Notes: generated from the sequence alone by a model not told the origin. A stretch of DNA of 64,000 nucleotides from Candidatus Krumholzibacteriota bacterium (GCA_963727455.1 CAVSGG010000003.1:128001-192000), one strand, 5' to 3'; numbered from the stretch's first letter, positions 34,039 to 44,613 are shown. Numbers and translations are program-made.

Positions 34039-36898
34039 GGATGGAAAGGGTGGCGGGCTGCCCGAGCTCTCGGATGGCCCACTCGTAACGGGAACGCTGA
34101 CAGGCCAGAAGCAGAACCTGTTGCTCGTCCGCCACGGTCGCCAAAAGCATCTTCAATCCAGCGATCAGCCTTGCGTCGTCCGCGTGGGCAAAGGGATCGT
34201 CGAGGATTAGCGGTAGAGTTCCCTCGTTTCCGCCCAGAAGGCGACTCACGGCCAAGCGCGCCGCGAGATATACTCCGTCCCGGGCGCCCGCGCTGAGTTG
34301 CTGGTCCACCTCGACGTTGGTCAACAGCTTTTGCTCATGCATCAATTCGAACTCGAGTTTCTCGTTGAAGCGAATGTCACGACTGCCCGTGCCCAGCTGA
34401 GCAAGCAGCACCTGGGCCTCTTGGTTGAGCTGCCGCGCCCAGGTCGCGTAAGTCTCGCGAGAAATTTCGCTGAGTGCGTCGTGGGCCAGAGTCACCGCGT
34501 CCTTGAACTCGCGGGCGCGTCGGCGGGCCGTAAGCAGCTCTTCGAGCCGCGCGTTCAGCGGCCCCACCTTCTCCTCGTAGAGACGCAGGAAAGCTCGGAC
34601 CGCGGTAAGAGAATCCTCGCGTTCTTGGGCATCGCGCTGATCCTCCCCCGCCAGCTCGCGCTCTTGATCTTCGAGTTGCTCGCGCAGTTCTCGAACTTGA
34701 AGCTCGGCGGGCAGTGCGATCTCCTGGGTCACTTCCTCCTCTTTGGCCAACAGTGCGGCCTTGGCCTCCTCCACCCTCTGCCGCAGTTCCGCCAGCGACT
34801 CTTCGCTCGGCGTGCTCTCCTTGAGCTTGGGTAGGCTGAGGTTGCGGCGGGACCTGGCTTCCTGTGCCGCCTGCGCTTTCTCCTTCAATTTGCGCGCACT
34901 CTGGTGAGCGTCGTCTTCCTCGAGGATCTCCACCCGACAGCGCTCGAGCGCTTCTTTCGCCTGCGCCCGGCGCTCTGAGAGGGCCCGGTTCTTTTCTTCG
35001 GCAAGTTCCCGGCGGCTGCGCGCATTGGCTTCGGCCACCTCGGCGGCAGCGGTGAGCTTCAGCGCTTCACGGAGCTCGCTCAGCTTGAGCGTGAGCTCGT
35101 CCGCCTCGGGCTCGCCGCCAAAGACCTCCCAGGCCTCGCGCGCGCTCTTCAGAGTTTCTTCTTCCTGCCTCTCGGTCTCGAGCTTGCGCTCGTCGATCCC
35201 ACTGAGAGTATCCAGTTTGGGCTCTACGAGACGAAGCGACTGATAGCGCGTGTACAGTTCGTCGGTGGGAATGCCCAGACGAAAGGCGAGATCCTGCCAG
35301 GCCAGTTCGTGTTCCTGATTTCTCTCCTCGATTTCGTGTAGTTTCTTGCTGCCCTCTTCCACTCGCCGGGCCGCGACCGATTCCTCTTCCGTCCGCAATC
35401 CGTTGGCGCTCACGAGGAAGTAGAGGCCCAGAGTGATCACCGCTCCCGCCAGATAGGGAAGGACCTTCGTGATCCAGGAGAGGTTTTCCGCAAAGGAACT
35501 CCCCGACAGAAGGAGACCGGTGGCGAGGAGCGCGGCGCCGACCGCGGCCATGACGCCCCCCAATCGTCTCCTTCGCATCCGGGCCACGAGGACTTCGTGG
35601 AGTTGCCGTTGCCAAAGCGACAGGTCCTGTTGCGAGTCCGCCCTCAGCTCGTCGATCTCCAGATCCCTGCGGGAGTGGCCTTGCAGGAGCTCTCGATCCT
35701 CCTCGGTGAGATACTGCAGTGCCTCGAGCATGGTGCTCGCCTGATCGGGATCGAATCCTTCTTCGCGGATTGCCTCGCGCTCCCTGTTCGCCTGCTCCAA
35801 CAGGCGCTCCTGGTCCTTGCGGATGTCCTTGAGCCGGACGCTGGCGTGCGAGAGCGCCTCGACGTCTTCGGCGCGAGGCAGCCGCTTCAAGCCAAGTTCA
35901 TCGCGGGCACGCTGTTTCTCGCGAAATTCCGCTTCGGCCTCCTCGGCGTCCTTGGAATAGGATTCGGCGGTTTTCTGGGCCCCCTGCCAGCGATTGCAGA
36001 GGGCTTCCGCCTCGGGAAAGCTCTCCGGACTCAGCGCGGCGAGCTCCGATTCCTCCGCCACTTTGCGCTCCAACTTCGCCAGCTCTTCGCGCCGCTGCTC
36101 GAACGCGAGAAGTTCCTCCTCCAGCTCGCGCAGTCGCAGGCGAGAACGAGCCCGCTCGATCGCCGTACGGAGGGCCTGTCGCTTCTGCTTGCGCAACTCG
36201 CTCTTTTGCAGCGCTTCGATGCGATCGCCCAGAGCTTGCCGCTGCCGGTGGAGCTCGGCGAGTTCGTGCTCGATTTCGCCGATTTCCGTGTCGCAACGCG
36301 CGATTTCCGTCTCGACTTTGCCCTTGCCGGCGAGGGTGGCGCCCTCGTATTCGGCCATACCCTTTTCCAAGGCGCGCAGTGCCGCGGCAGCGGTCGATTC
36401 CAGCGACTGCGAATCGGCCATGCGCTGAATGGCCTCACTCAGTCCCGAGGCATCGCCCCAACCGACTTCGCCCTGGCGTATGAATGCGCTGTGCAGAAAG
36501 TGTTCGCGGGAGAGTCCCAGCAGTCGCTCGCCGACCACCACGTTCTTCCCGCTGCGAAAGCGGTCACTGATGTTCTGGCCCGCCGCGAGCACCCGGATGG
36601 AATCCTCGCGAAAATCGCGCTCGATGGTGAGTTCGTCCGCGCCGTGACGCAGCCTCAATACCAGGCCGTAAGGCCCCCCGTTCCAAGGGCGGTAGACCTC
36701 CCATTCGCTCAGCTTGCCCTTGGCGCGACGCTTGTCCTTGTTCAGTCCATAGAGCGCGGCAAGGATGGCCTCCATCAGCGTGGTCTTTCCCGCCTCGTTG
36801 CGCTCGAGCAGCAGTCCGAGCTTGCCTGCGCCGGGATCGAGGGAATACTCCCCGCAGAGTTGGCCAAAACCCTTGATGCTCAGCTGTAGAATGCGCAT
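34007..36898 (-). CDS. YhaN/SbcE-like SMC-family ATPase with central transmembrane hairpin
   Basis: ERNEAGKTT Walker A, FIRQ Q-loop, long coiled coils, LSAG signature, LILDDPF Walker B; two hydrophobic segments mid-protein. Confidence 0.85.
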   Translation of the reverse strand: MRILQLSIKGFGQLCGEYSLDPGAGKLGLLLERNEAGKTTLMEAILAALYGLNKDKRRAKGKLSEWEVYRPWNGGPYGLVLRLRHGADELTIERDFREDSIRVLAAGQNISDRFRSGKNVVVGERLLGLSREHFLHSAFIRQGEVGWGDASGLSEAIQRMADSQSLESTAAAALRALEKGMAEYEGATLAGKGKVETEIARCDTEIGEIEHELAELHRQRQALGDRIEALQKSELRKQKRQALRTAIERARSRLRLRELEEELLAFEQRREELAKLERKVAEESELAALSPESFPEAEALCNRWQGAQKTAESYSKDAEEAEAEFREKQRARDELGLKRLPRAEDVEALSHASVRLKDIRKDQERLLEQANREREAIREEGFDPDQASTMLEALQYLTEEDRELLQGHSRRDLEIDELRADSQQDLSLWQRQLHEVLVARMRRRRLGGVMAAVGAALLATGLLLSGSSFAENLSWITKVLPYLAGAVITLGLYFLVSANGLRTEEESVAARRVEEGSKKLHEIEERNQEHELAWQDLAFRLGIPTDELYTRYQSLRLVEPKLDTLSGIDERKLETERQEEETLKSAREAWEVFGGEPEADELTLKLSELREALKLTAAAEVAEANARSRRELAEEKNRALSERRAQAKEALERCRVEILEEDDAHQSARKLKEKAQAAQEARSRRNLSLPKLKESTPSEESLAELRQRVEEAKAALLAKEEEVTQEIALPAELQVRELREQLEDQERELAGEDQRDAQEREDSLTAVRAFLRLYEEKVGPLNARLEELLTARRRAREFKDAVTLAHDALSEISRETYATWARQLNQEAQVLLAQLGTGSRDIRFNEKLEFELMHEQKLLTNVEVDQQLSAGARDGVYLAARLAVSRLLGGNEGTLPLILDDPFAHADDARLIAGLKMLLATVADEQQVLLLACQRSRYEWAIRELGQPATLSILSFRRQKNPT

Positions 36899-38094
36899 TA
36901 GGCCTCGTAGTGGCTGTCCAAACGTCCCTCGGAAAGAGCATCCAGACCGTAGAGCAGGGCGCGGCGCACGATTTCGGCTTCTTCCCCTTCGCTCTCCTTC
37001 AGGCGCTGGCGCAACTGCGCCACGAAGCGCTCTTCGGTGGTGCGCGCCTGCTCGAGCGGGGGATAGCGGTCCAGGTCGATATCCGCCGTGAGTTGCGAGA
37101 GGTCGCTCACGAAGTGGAAATAACGCTCCGCGATCTCTTCGAGAAAACCGAGTTCGAGTCCCCGCGTCCGCCGCCCCGAAAGCTTCAGGTATACCAAGTC
37201 CTGCGCGCGCGCCGCGCTCTGTCCCAGGGCCTCCTCCACTCTGGCTCGTGCCGCGTCCATGTAGGCGCAGGCCGAGAGATCGCAGTCGACCGCGTGGACC
37301 TCGCGTGGATCCAGGGCTACGAACTCCACCCGGGGCGCGGACTCGCTGAGCGTTACTACGAGCGCGCCTTTCTTGCCGAGCTCGTCCAGGCCGGCGGCCA
37401 GGAGGCTCCCGCTGTAGGCGCCGATCGGTGCGCCGTCATCCCCCTGAAGCAGCTGGTGCTGGTGGTAGTGCCCCAGAGCGGTCCACTTGAAGTCCTGGGC
37501 GCGCAGCTCTTCCTCGCTAAAGGGATAGGTCGCCTTTTGACTCTGCAAATAACCGCCATCATCGCGGCTTCCGTGGAAGAGAAGGAGTGGGAACTTGCTC
37601 TGCGGCCGCTCGACGCGACTCGCCAATCGCCGCAGCTTGCTGGGGAGATTCGCCGCCACCCCGCAGGCGGTGACCGAGATCTCCGGCCGGTCGGGCCATA
37701 GCACGCTGCGGAAGTCTTCGTGCGCAAAGAGCTGTACGTTCTCCGGCCAGCGGAAGTCGCGCGTACCCTCGACCTGTTCCTGACGGTAGGGAGAGACCCC
37801 GCCATAGGCATCGTGGTTGCCGGGAGCCAGAAAGACCGGTTTGGGAGCGATCGAAGCGAAGGTCTCGGCAACAAAGCGCAGGGTGTCGCTCTTGACCAGC
37901 TCGTCGTCGAAAAGATCGCCCGGAAGCAGGACTCCGTCCAGATCCCGGCTCGCTACCAGGGCAAAGGCGGTACGGAAGGCCTCGCGCCGCTCCCGTTCGC
38001 GCTGAGAGGCCTTGCGCGGATCCAGCCGCAGCTTGCCCGCGCGCAGAGGGGCGTCGAAGTGAAGGTCGGAGAGCTGCAGAAAGCTCAAGCTCAC
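36898..38094 (-). CDS. YhaO/SbcD/Mre11-like metallophosphoesterase nuclease
   Basis: SDLH, GDLFD, GNHD, HGS, ALGHYH, YSGS; TAATG overlap with the ATPase. Confidence 0.9.
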   Translation of the reverse strand: MSLSFLQLSDLHFDAPLRAGKLRLDPRKASQRERERREAFRTAFALVASRDLDGVLLPGDLFDDELVKSDTLRFVAETFASIAPKPVFLAPGNHDAYGGVSPYRQEQVEGTRDFRWPENVQLFAHEDFRSVLWPDRPEISVTACGVAANLPSKLRRLASRVERPQSKFPLLLFHGSRDDGGYLQSQKATYPFSEEELRAQDFKWTALGHYHQHQLLQGDDGAPIGAYSGSLLAAGLDELGKKGALVVTLSESAPRVEFVALDPREVHAVDCDLSACAYMDAARARVEEALGQSAARAQDLVYLKLSGRRTRGLELGFLEEIAERYFHFVSDLSQLTADIDLDRYPPLEQARTTEERFVAQLRQRLKESEGEEAEIVRRALLYGLDALSEGRLDSHYEA

Positions 38095-38172
38095 GTCGAT
38101 GGGCCTTTCGAAACGAAACCCGGCGACCGTGAGTACGGCCGCCGGATTCTCAGGGGCTTCCGTCTTCCCCCG

Positions 38173-39567
38173 TCAACGTGTTCGCATCTGCTGTCTGGAG
38201 AAATAGTCCTTCGTCAGCCTGACTAAAACTCCCGAGAGTGCGAACACGCCAATCAAATTGGGCAACGACATGAGCCCGAGCGTGATGTCCGCGAAATTCC
38301 AGACCAGCTCTAGGGACCAAATCGCACCCAGGAACTGAAAGACCACGAAAACCCAACGATAGATGGGCCGGGCCTGTGCGCCCCAAAGGTAATCAACGGC
38401 TCGATCACCATAGTAGGACCAAGTCACCGATGTAGAAAAAGCATAGAATGGAATGGAAAGAGTAACAATGTATTTTCCGTATTCCCCGAGCAACGGATGA
38501 AGTCCTTTGGTGAACGCCCACGAGGTGAGGACTGCCCCGTTGAGAGCTTCCCCCGTCACCGGATCCACTGCTTCGCGCCATGAATTCGTGAGAATGATCA
38601 CGAGCCCCGTCATGGTGCAGATGACCAGGGTATCGATCAAGGGCCCCACCATCGCCACCAATCCCTCGCGCACCGGTTCCTTCGTCTTGGCCGCGGCATG
38701 CGCGATGGGCGCGCTTCCCTGGCCAGCCTCGTTCGAGAACAGCCCCCGCTTGATGCCCCATTGCAGGGTGATCGCCACGCCGGCGCCGAGAAACCCGCCC
38801 GCGGCCGCGGTAGGATGAAAGGCGTCGTAGAAGATGAGGCGGAAGGAGGGCACGATCTGGTGATAGTTGAATACCAGCAGGGTCAACGCTCCACCCACGT
38901 AAAACACCGACATGAAGGGGACGAGACGGCTCGCGACCTGACCGATGCGCTTGATGCCGCCCACGATGACCAGGGCTAGAAGGGAGGCCAGAACCACTCC
39001 GGTGATCCAGGTGGGTACGCCGAGATCGGCCTGGAGATTGCCCGCGACAGTATTGCTCTGGACGATATTGGCCGATCCCATGCTCGCCACCACGGTAAGG
39101 AATGCGAAGCTGGCTGCCATCCACTTCCAGCGCGGTCCCATGCCCTTTTCGATGAAGTACATCGCTCCTCCCGCTGCGGAGCCATCGGGCTGGATGTCGC
39201 GAAAATGATGGGACAGGGTGCACTCGGCGTACTTGGTGGCCATGCCCACGAAGGCAGAGACCCACATCCAGAACAGAGCGCCCGGCCCCCCGATGTGCAT
39301 CGCAGTGGCGACACCGGCGATGTTCCCGATCCCGATGGTTGCGCTGAGTGCGGCGGAGAGCGCCTGGAAGTGATTGATGTCCCCCTCGTCCTCGGGGTCG
39401 TCGTACTTGCCGCGAATGATGTTGATGGCATGCTTCAAGTGACGCAGCTGAATGAAGCGCGACAAGAAGGTGAGATAGATGCCTCCCCCCAAGATGAGGA
39501 TGATCAGCGGAAGTCCCCACAGGAAGCTCGAGATGGCCTTGAGAATGATAGTGATCTCTTGGAGCAT
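38173..39567 (-). CDS. alanine/glycine:cation symporter (AGCS)
   Basis: ATIGIGNIAGVA, GGPGALFWMW, RGLFSNEAGQGSAPIAHA, IDTLVICTMT; start reassigned to ATG 39567. Confidence 0.93.
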   Translation of the reverse strand: MLQEITIILKAISSFLWGLPLIILILGGGIYLTFLSRFIQLRHLKHAINIIRGKYDDPEDEGDINHFQALSAALSATIGIGNIAGVATAMHIGGPGALFWMWVSAFVGMATKYAECTLSHHFRDIQPDGSAAGGAMYFIEKGMGPRWKWMAASFAFLTVVASMGSANIVQSNTVAGNLQADLGVPTWITGVVLASLLALVIVGGIKRIGQVASRLVPFMSVFYVGGALTLLVFNYHQIVPSFRLIFYDAFHPTAAAGGFLGAGVAITLQWGIKRGLFSNEAGQGSAPIAHAAAKTKEPVREGLVAMVGPLIDTLVICTMTGLVIILTNSWREAVDPVTGEALNGAVLTSWAFTKGLHPLLGEYGKYIVTLSIPFYAFSTSVTWSYYGDRAVDYLWGAQARPIYRWVFVVFQFLGAIWSLELVWNFADITLGLMSLPNLIGVFALSGVLVRLTKDYFSRQQMRTR

Positions 39568-39680
39568 GCAGGAGGGGCGGGGGCGTGTTCGGGGAAATCC
39601 GCGCGCTTTGCTAATGCGCTCGGGAAAAGTAACCCGCTCCATCGCAAGGGGTCAAGCGTTCCCCGCCGGAACGCAGGCGC

Positions 39681-41984
39681 TCACAGTCGGATCGCGTAGC
39701 TCAGCTTTAGGGTGAGATCGCCGCGGCGAGGCGCGAAATTCTGCTCGTTGTCCGTCCGTTCGTCGGTGAACACCAGGTAGAAATCACTTTCGTCGCCAAA
39801 GAGGTAGTGGAGGCGCGCCTGACTCAAAACGGCGTTCGAGGCGCTATTCCACTGCGAAAACAGCGCCAAGCTGAGCGCATTCGAGAAGTCCACTGCGAGC
39901 CGCACGCGTACGATCTTGGCGCGAAAGCGCTGCTCGACGCCGCTGGAAAGCTCGTCGCGGTGCAGTCGATGGCTTTCCCCCTGAAGCGAGAGCGCCAGAT
40001 GGGGCGCGATCCTTCCCGTTGCTTCCGCGCTCAGACTGTTGAGGATACCGTCGAAGTAGTCCCCCAGTTCACCCTCGGCCTTTAGGGCGAAGGGAAGCGA
40101 GGGGTTGGAGCCGAGGCTGAATCCTACCCGGCGGAAGTGATAGTCCCCCTGCGGAAACACGACCTCGCCCAGGGGAAACACCTCAAAGAGCCGCTCGAAG
40201 GAGTCACTGAGATAGAGCGAGAGAACTTGATCGTCGCGACCGATGAGGTTTCCCTGAAGCCACAGGTTGCGTGAGGAAAATGTGCCATCGCGCTGATCGA
40301 TCCACTCGCCGTACACGAAGGTCTCCGCGCTGCGCAAGAGCCCCCAGTTGGGTTCGGGAGTCCAACCCAGCTCGGTGATGTGGCGCTCGATGTCCCGACG
40401 CGGCAAAAAGCCCACCCGAGGCGCGTAGTCGCGCCCGTAAACCTCGTAGAGGTAGTTTCCATAGTACAAAGGACGGCTGTAACGGACTCGCGCTCCCCAG
40501 CTGCCGTGATCGGGTCCCGCGCGCGGCTGATCGGAGAAAGCCTGCGGGTCGTTGAAAAGCCCCTCTTTGCTCTCGTTGCTGAAAGAGCCGTAGGCCGCGA
40601 TGTCCAGGTCGTCGCCGGGCCGTAGATCGCAATCCAAACCAAAGACGCGGTTGTAGACGCTCCCTCCTTCGGCCGCCCGCGACACGAGAATGGCCCCCAC
40701 CCGGTTGCGCTGCCCGATGTCCTGGCTCACCCGCGCCACGTCAAAACGATAGTCTGGCGTCTCCGCACGGCCCTTGGATTTCAGATCGAGGAACCCCACG
40801 TCCGTTCGGCCCAGTTTTCCCGTGAGACGGGTACCATATTCGATGGGAACCGTCTCGAAGTTCGGGTTCAGACCAATGCGGCGGCTGAAAAAGGCACGAT
40901 TGTCCGGCGAGCCAAAAGAGAAATAGTCGCGGTTCTCCAGAAAGAACTCTCGCTTCTCCGGATAGTAGAGGGGAAATCGAGTGAGATTGACCTGCTCATC
41001 GTCGACCTCCACCTGGGCAAAATCGGTGTTCACGGTGAGGTCGAGGGTCAGATTGGAGGAGAGTCCCAGCTTGAGATCGTAACCCACCGCTCCATCGGTG
41101 GACCAATCGTCCCGGCTGAAGGCCGAAGGATCGCCGGTGTCCCCGCGCGAGAGCGTCCCGAGCGCGTAGGGGCGAAGTAAGATGTTGCTCCCCGGAGCGA
41201 TGTCCTGCAAGCCGTCGAGGGTACCGGCCTGACTCACGCGCATGATGTCGAAATGCCGCCCGATGGGGGCCCACATGCTCTGTTCGTTTCCCAGGCGACG
41301 CTGCCGTTCGAAGTTGATTCCCATGCTGAGCGTCCCCGCGGGAGAAAAGCGCAGAGTCCGCCAAGGGATCTCGATTTCTCCCTGCCAACCCCGATCGCTA
41401 AGTCGACACGCCGCGTTCCAGACGCCATCCCAATCGACGTTGAATTGGTCGCTGGCTCCCTCCGCGCGAAAGAGAGCATCGCGGCGCATTCCGTTGGGAT
41501 TCACCTGGAAAAAGAAACCGTTCTGCAGGTCGTGGTAGGTGTCCAGCACCACCGTGAAGTAATCGTCGGCCGAGATGTCCGCGTCGCGTCCCAGAACGCG
41601 ATGGATGATCTTACTGGGATGATCGTCGTAACAGACGAAGCCCAGGTAGAGGGCGTGGGTGGTGTAGACGATCTTCACTTTCGTGGGTTGGCTCGCCGGC
41701 TCGCCGCTCTGCGGCCGTTGCTGCACGAAATCGCGCGCCACCGCGGCGTCTTTCCAGAGCGGTTCGTCCAGGATTCCATCGATCTTGGGCGCATGGGCCA
41801 CGCGCACCGCACGCAGGGAGCGAACAGCCAAGAGCTCGCTCTGAGCTGCGCCGGCCGTAGTGTCTTGGTCTTCAGCGAAGGAATCCACGCTGAAGAGGCA
41901 GGCGTGGAATGCAAAAAGCAGAAACAGAAGCGAGCCGCGCGCTTGGGACAGCTTCTTCAAGCCTAGAGAAACGAAGGTCATCAA
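39681..41984 (-). CDS. CBM9-like + DUF5916 outer membrane protein
   Basis: PKIDGILDEPLW, EIPWRTLRF, NTDFAQVEVD, YPEKREFFLE, FFSRRIG. Confidence 0.85.
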   Translation of the reverse strand: MMTFVSLGLKKLSQARGSLLFLLFAFHACLFSVDSFAEDQDTTAGAAQSELLAVRSLRAVRVAHAPKIDGILDEPLWKDAAVARDFVQQRPQSGEPASQPTKVKIVYTTHALYLGFVCYDDHPSKIIHRVLGRDADISADDYFTVVLDTYHDLQNGFFFQVNPNGMRRDALFRAEGASDQFNVDWDGVWNAACRLSDRGWQGEIEIPWRTLRFSPAGTLSMGINFERQRRLGNEQSMWAPIGRHFDIMRVSQAGTLDGLQDIAPGSNILLRPYALGTLSRGDTGDPSAFSRDDWSTDGAVGYDLKLGLSSNLTLDLTVNTDFAQVEVDDEQVNLTRFPLYYPEKREFFLENRDYFSFGSPDNRAFFSRRIGLNPNFETVPIEYGTRLTGKLGRTDVGFLDLKSKGRAETPDYRFDVARVSQDIGQRNRVGAILVSRAAEGGSVYNRVFGLDCDLRPGDDLDIAAYGSFSNESKEGLFNDPQAFSDQPRAGPDHGSWGARVRYSRPLYYGNYLYEVYGRDYAPRVGFLPRRDIERHITELGWTPEPNWGLLRSAETFVYGEWIDQRDGTFSSRNLWLQGNLIGRDDQVLSLYLSDSFERLFEVFPLGEVVFPQGDYHFRRVGFSLGSNPSLPFALKAEGELGDYFDGILNSLSAEATGRIAPHLALSLQGESHRLHRDELSSGVEQRFRAKIVRVRLAVDFSNALSLALFSQWNSASNAVLSQARLHYLFGDESDFYLVFTDERTDNEQNFAPRRGDLTLKLSYAIRL

Positions 41985-41998
41985 GCTCCCTCGGCGGC

Positions 41999-44398
41999 CT
42001 ACTTGTAACCCGGTGGGATGGGTAGGCTGGGATCCAGTTCGTGGGCCTTCTGAATGGCCTCGCGCGCTTCGTCCTTCTTGCCCTGCATCGCCAAGATGGC
42101 TCCGAGTTGGAGCCTCGATGTACCGTCCTCCGGTGTTTGCTCCACCACCTCACGCGCCAGCTTTTCAGCCTCGACAAGACGGCCCATCTGGGCGTAGATC
42201 GCCGCGAGCTGGCTCCGCGCGTCCACCATGCTCGGATCGAGCTTGAGCACCTTTTCGAATGCCTCGGCTCCGGCAGCCACGTTCCCTGCCATGAGATTCG
42301 CCATCCCGAGATTGCCCCAGACTTCCGGATCATTCAACTTTGGAGCGGCCTCTTGCAGAAGTTTCAGTCCTTCTTGCACTTTGCCCGCCTGCAGCGCCGC
42401 GCTTCCGAGACGTGCCGCCGATTCGGGACTGGATAGCATGTCGTGCTGCTTCATGAGCTCCTGGGCCTGCTGCTCCTGACCCGTTTCCATGAGCAGTCCG
42501 CTCATGGCCTGTAGCGCATCCGTCAGCTCGGGATTCAGCTGCAGCGCTCTCTCCAGGTTTTGGCGCGCTTGCGCCGGCTTGCCCTCGTCCTTGAGCATTA
42601 CGCCCTTGAAGTAGTAGAGGTCGGCCAAACGAGGATCCATCGTGAGCGCCTTCTCGACCGCAGCTTCAGCTTCCTTGTCGCGGCCGGTCTTGTGCAGAGC
42701 GAAACCGCGCGCACCCACGAGGAAGGGCGATTCCGGATGGTGTTGCAGGGCAAGGTCATAGGTCTCCAGGACCTTTTGATCGTCGTGTTTCCGCGCGTAC
42801 ACCATGGCCAGATTCTGATAGTTGAGCTCGTTGTCGGGATCCTGATGGATGAGCTTCTCATAGAGTTCCTTTGCCTCATCCAGATGCCCCGTCTTCGCGT
42901 AGGTCAAGGCGAGGTTGGAACGGGCCTTGAGGTTGCCGGGGTCGTCCTTGAGGATGTCCTTCAGGGTTTTGATTGCCTCGTCGTACTTCCCCTGGTTGCA
43001 CAGGACGATGGACATGTTGATCGCCTGTTCGACGTTGGGCGCGACCACGTCGCTCCCGTGCGCATCTTCCTTGCCTCCTTTGATGTAACCGAGGGAACGC
43101 AGCATGTCCTCCATCTTCTCTCCGACCGCCGGATCGACCACGATGTCGTCACCCCGATCCCAGGGACCGGTTTCGTAAGTGGCGACGGTTTGGTCCGGAT
43201 GTGCCTTCTGGTATTCCTCGGTGAACGCATCCTTCAACACGTGGCCCTTCATGTCCTCTGCCACCGGCAAACCGAGAACATGCAGAACCGTCGGCGCCAC
43301 GTCGTAAATATCCGCGCCCTTGATGTTGTCTCCCGGACGGATGCCCGGCCCGTTCAGCAGGACGATGCCATCGGGCATGTGGCTCTGATCCGCGGTGTCG
43401 ATGTTGAACTCCTTTTCCTTCAGTCGCTCGGGGCCGGTGCGGAATCCGTGGTCGGAAATGACCATCACCACGGTATTTTTTCCACGATGCTGCAAGAGCT
43501 CGCCCAAGAGTTGATCTTGCCATTTCCAGTAGGCCTCGAGGGTTCCGCTGTAACGCTTGTAGTCCTCGTCGCTGACCCAGGACAGCCGCGGCGGCGCATA
43601 CTCGTTGAAGAGATGCTGGGTGGCGTCGGTTCCTTCGTAGTAGATCGCGAAGAAACGCGGATGGTCCTTCTCCAACAATTCGGAACCGATCTTCGTGTAG
43701 CCCAGACTGGTGGCGATGTTTTCTCTGAGGTGCTGGATTGGACCCCCGTAGGGACCGCTCGGTGTCTGGTTTTCGAGTTCACTCTTGCTGCAGTTGATCA
43801 TCGACAGCATCAAGTCGGAGGGAACCTCCTCGGGCTTGATGAAGTCGCGCCGGACCCTGTCCATGAGCTCGGGGGGCCAGGTCTTTCCCGGCACGTCCAG
43901 GTTGGTTCCGGTAACCCCGAAGGAGTGGAACGCCACGTAGTCACTGACCATGAAACCTTTCACCGGTTCCACGGGCCAGGTCGCCCACCAACCGATGATG
44001 CCGACTGGAATGTCGTGTTCGCTGGCGATGTTCCACAGGGCACGCACCCATCGGTTGCGGCTGCTGACCGGGATCTTCGAGCCATCGGGTCCATCGCTCA
44101 TGAACCAGGTGACACCATGCTGGTCCGCGGTCTTCCCCGTCGCGATGCTGGTCCAGAGGATGGGGGAGAGCATGGGATTGTCGGTCTGGAGCCGCCCCCA
44201 CGCTCCCTCGCTGCGCAAGCGACTCAGGTTGGGCATCTCCCCCTTGGCCATGTAGGGCTCGAGGATGTCCCAATCGGCGCCGTCGAAGCCGATAATCCAA
44301 AGGTCCGGTTTGCTGCGTGAGGAGCAGCCGCTCAGGGCCCCTCCCACAACGAGCAGCAGGAGGAAAAACGCAGACAGCAGTTTCTTGAATGTCATCAT
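41999..44398 (-). CDS. alkaline phosphatase superfamily (phosphodiesterase/NPP-like) lipoprotein with C-terminal TPR repeats
   Basis: Lipobox LSGC; GFDGAD, SPILWTSIATGK, SDHGF, DVAPT, LRSLGY; multiple TPRs. Confidence 0.85.
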   Translation of the reverse strand: MMTFKKLLSAFFLLLLVVGGALSGCSSRSKPDLWIIGFDGADWDILEPYMAKGEMPNLSRLRSEGAWGRLQTDNPMLSPILWTSIATGKTADQHGVTWFMSDGPDGSKIPVSSRNRWVRALWNIASEHDIPVGIIGWWATWPVEPVKGFMVSDYVAFHSFGVTGTNLDVPGKTWPPELMDRVRRDFIKPEEVPSDLMLSMINCSKSELENQTPSGPYGGPIQHLRENIATSLGYTKIGSELLEKDHPRFFAIYYEGTDATQHLFNEYAPPRLSWVSDEDYKRYSGTLEAYWKWQDQLLGELLQHRGKNTVVMVISDHGFRTGPERLKEKEFNIDTADQSHMPDGIVLLNGPGIRPGDNIKGADIYDVAPTVLHVLGLPVAEDMKGHVLKDAFTEEYQKAHPDQTVATYETGPWDRGDDIVVDPAVGEKMEDMLRSLGYIKGGKEDAHGSDVVAPNVEQAINMSIVLCNQGKYDEAIKTLKDILKDDPGNLKARSNLALTYAKTGHLDEAKELYEKLIHQDPDNELNYQNLAMVYARKHDDQKVLETYDLALQHHPESPFLVGARGFALHKTGRDKEAEAAVEKALTMDPRLADLYYFKGVMLKDEGKPAQARQNLERALQLNPELTDALQAMSGLLMETGQEQQAQELMKQHDMLSSPESAARLGSAALQAGKVQEGLKLLQEAAPKLNDPEVWGNLGMANLMAGNVAAGAEAFEKVLKLDPSMVDARSQLAAIYAQMGRLVEAEKLAREVVEQTPEDGTSRLQLGAILAMQGKKDEAREAIQKAHELDPSLPIPPGYK

Positions 44399-44613
44399 CT
44401 CAGGAAATAGTTAGGAGAGCCGAGCCAGCCGTAAGTCGAGGATTTTCGCTCCAGCATACTCGGGTAGAGAATAGCACAGCTCGACCCCAACCGCACACCT
44501 AAGCCCTTTTCCAAAAAGCCCTTAGCGCTAAGGGCCACACTTCGTATACCCTTGAGAAGTAGGGCAGTGCCCATTCTGGATCGAATTGCGTGCATTTGAA
44601 CTGAGGACCTTCG

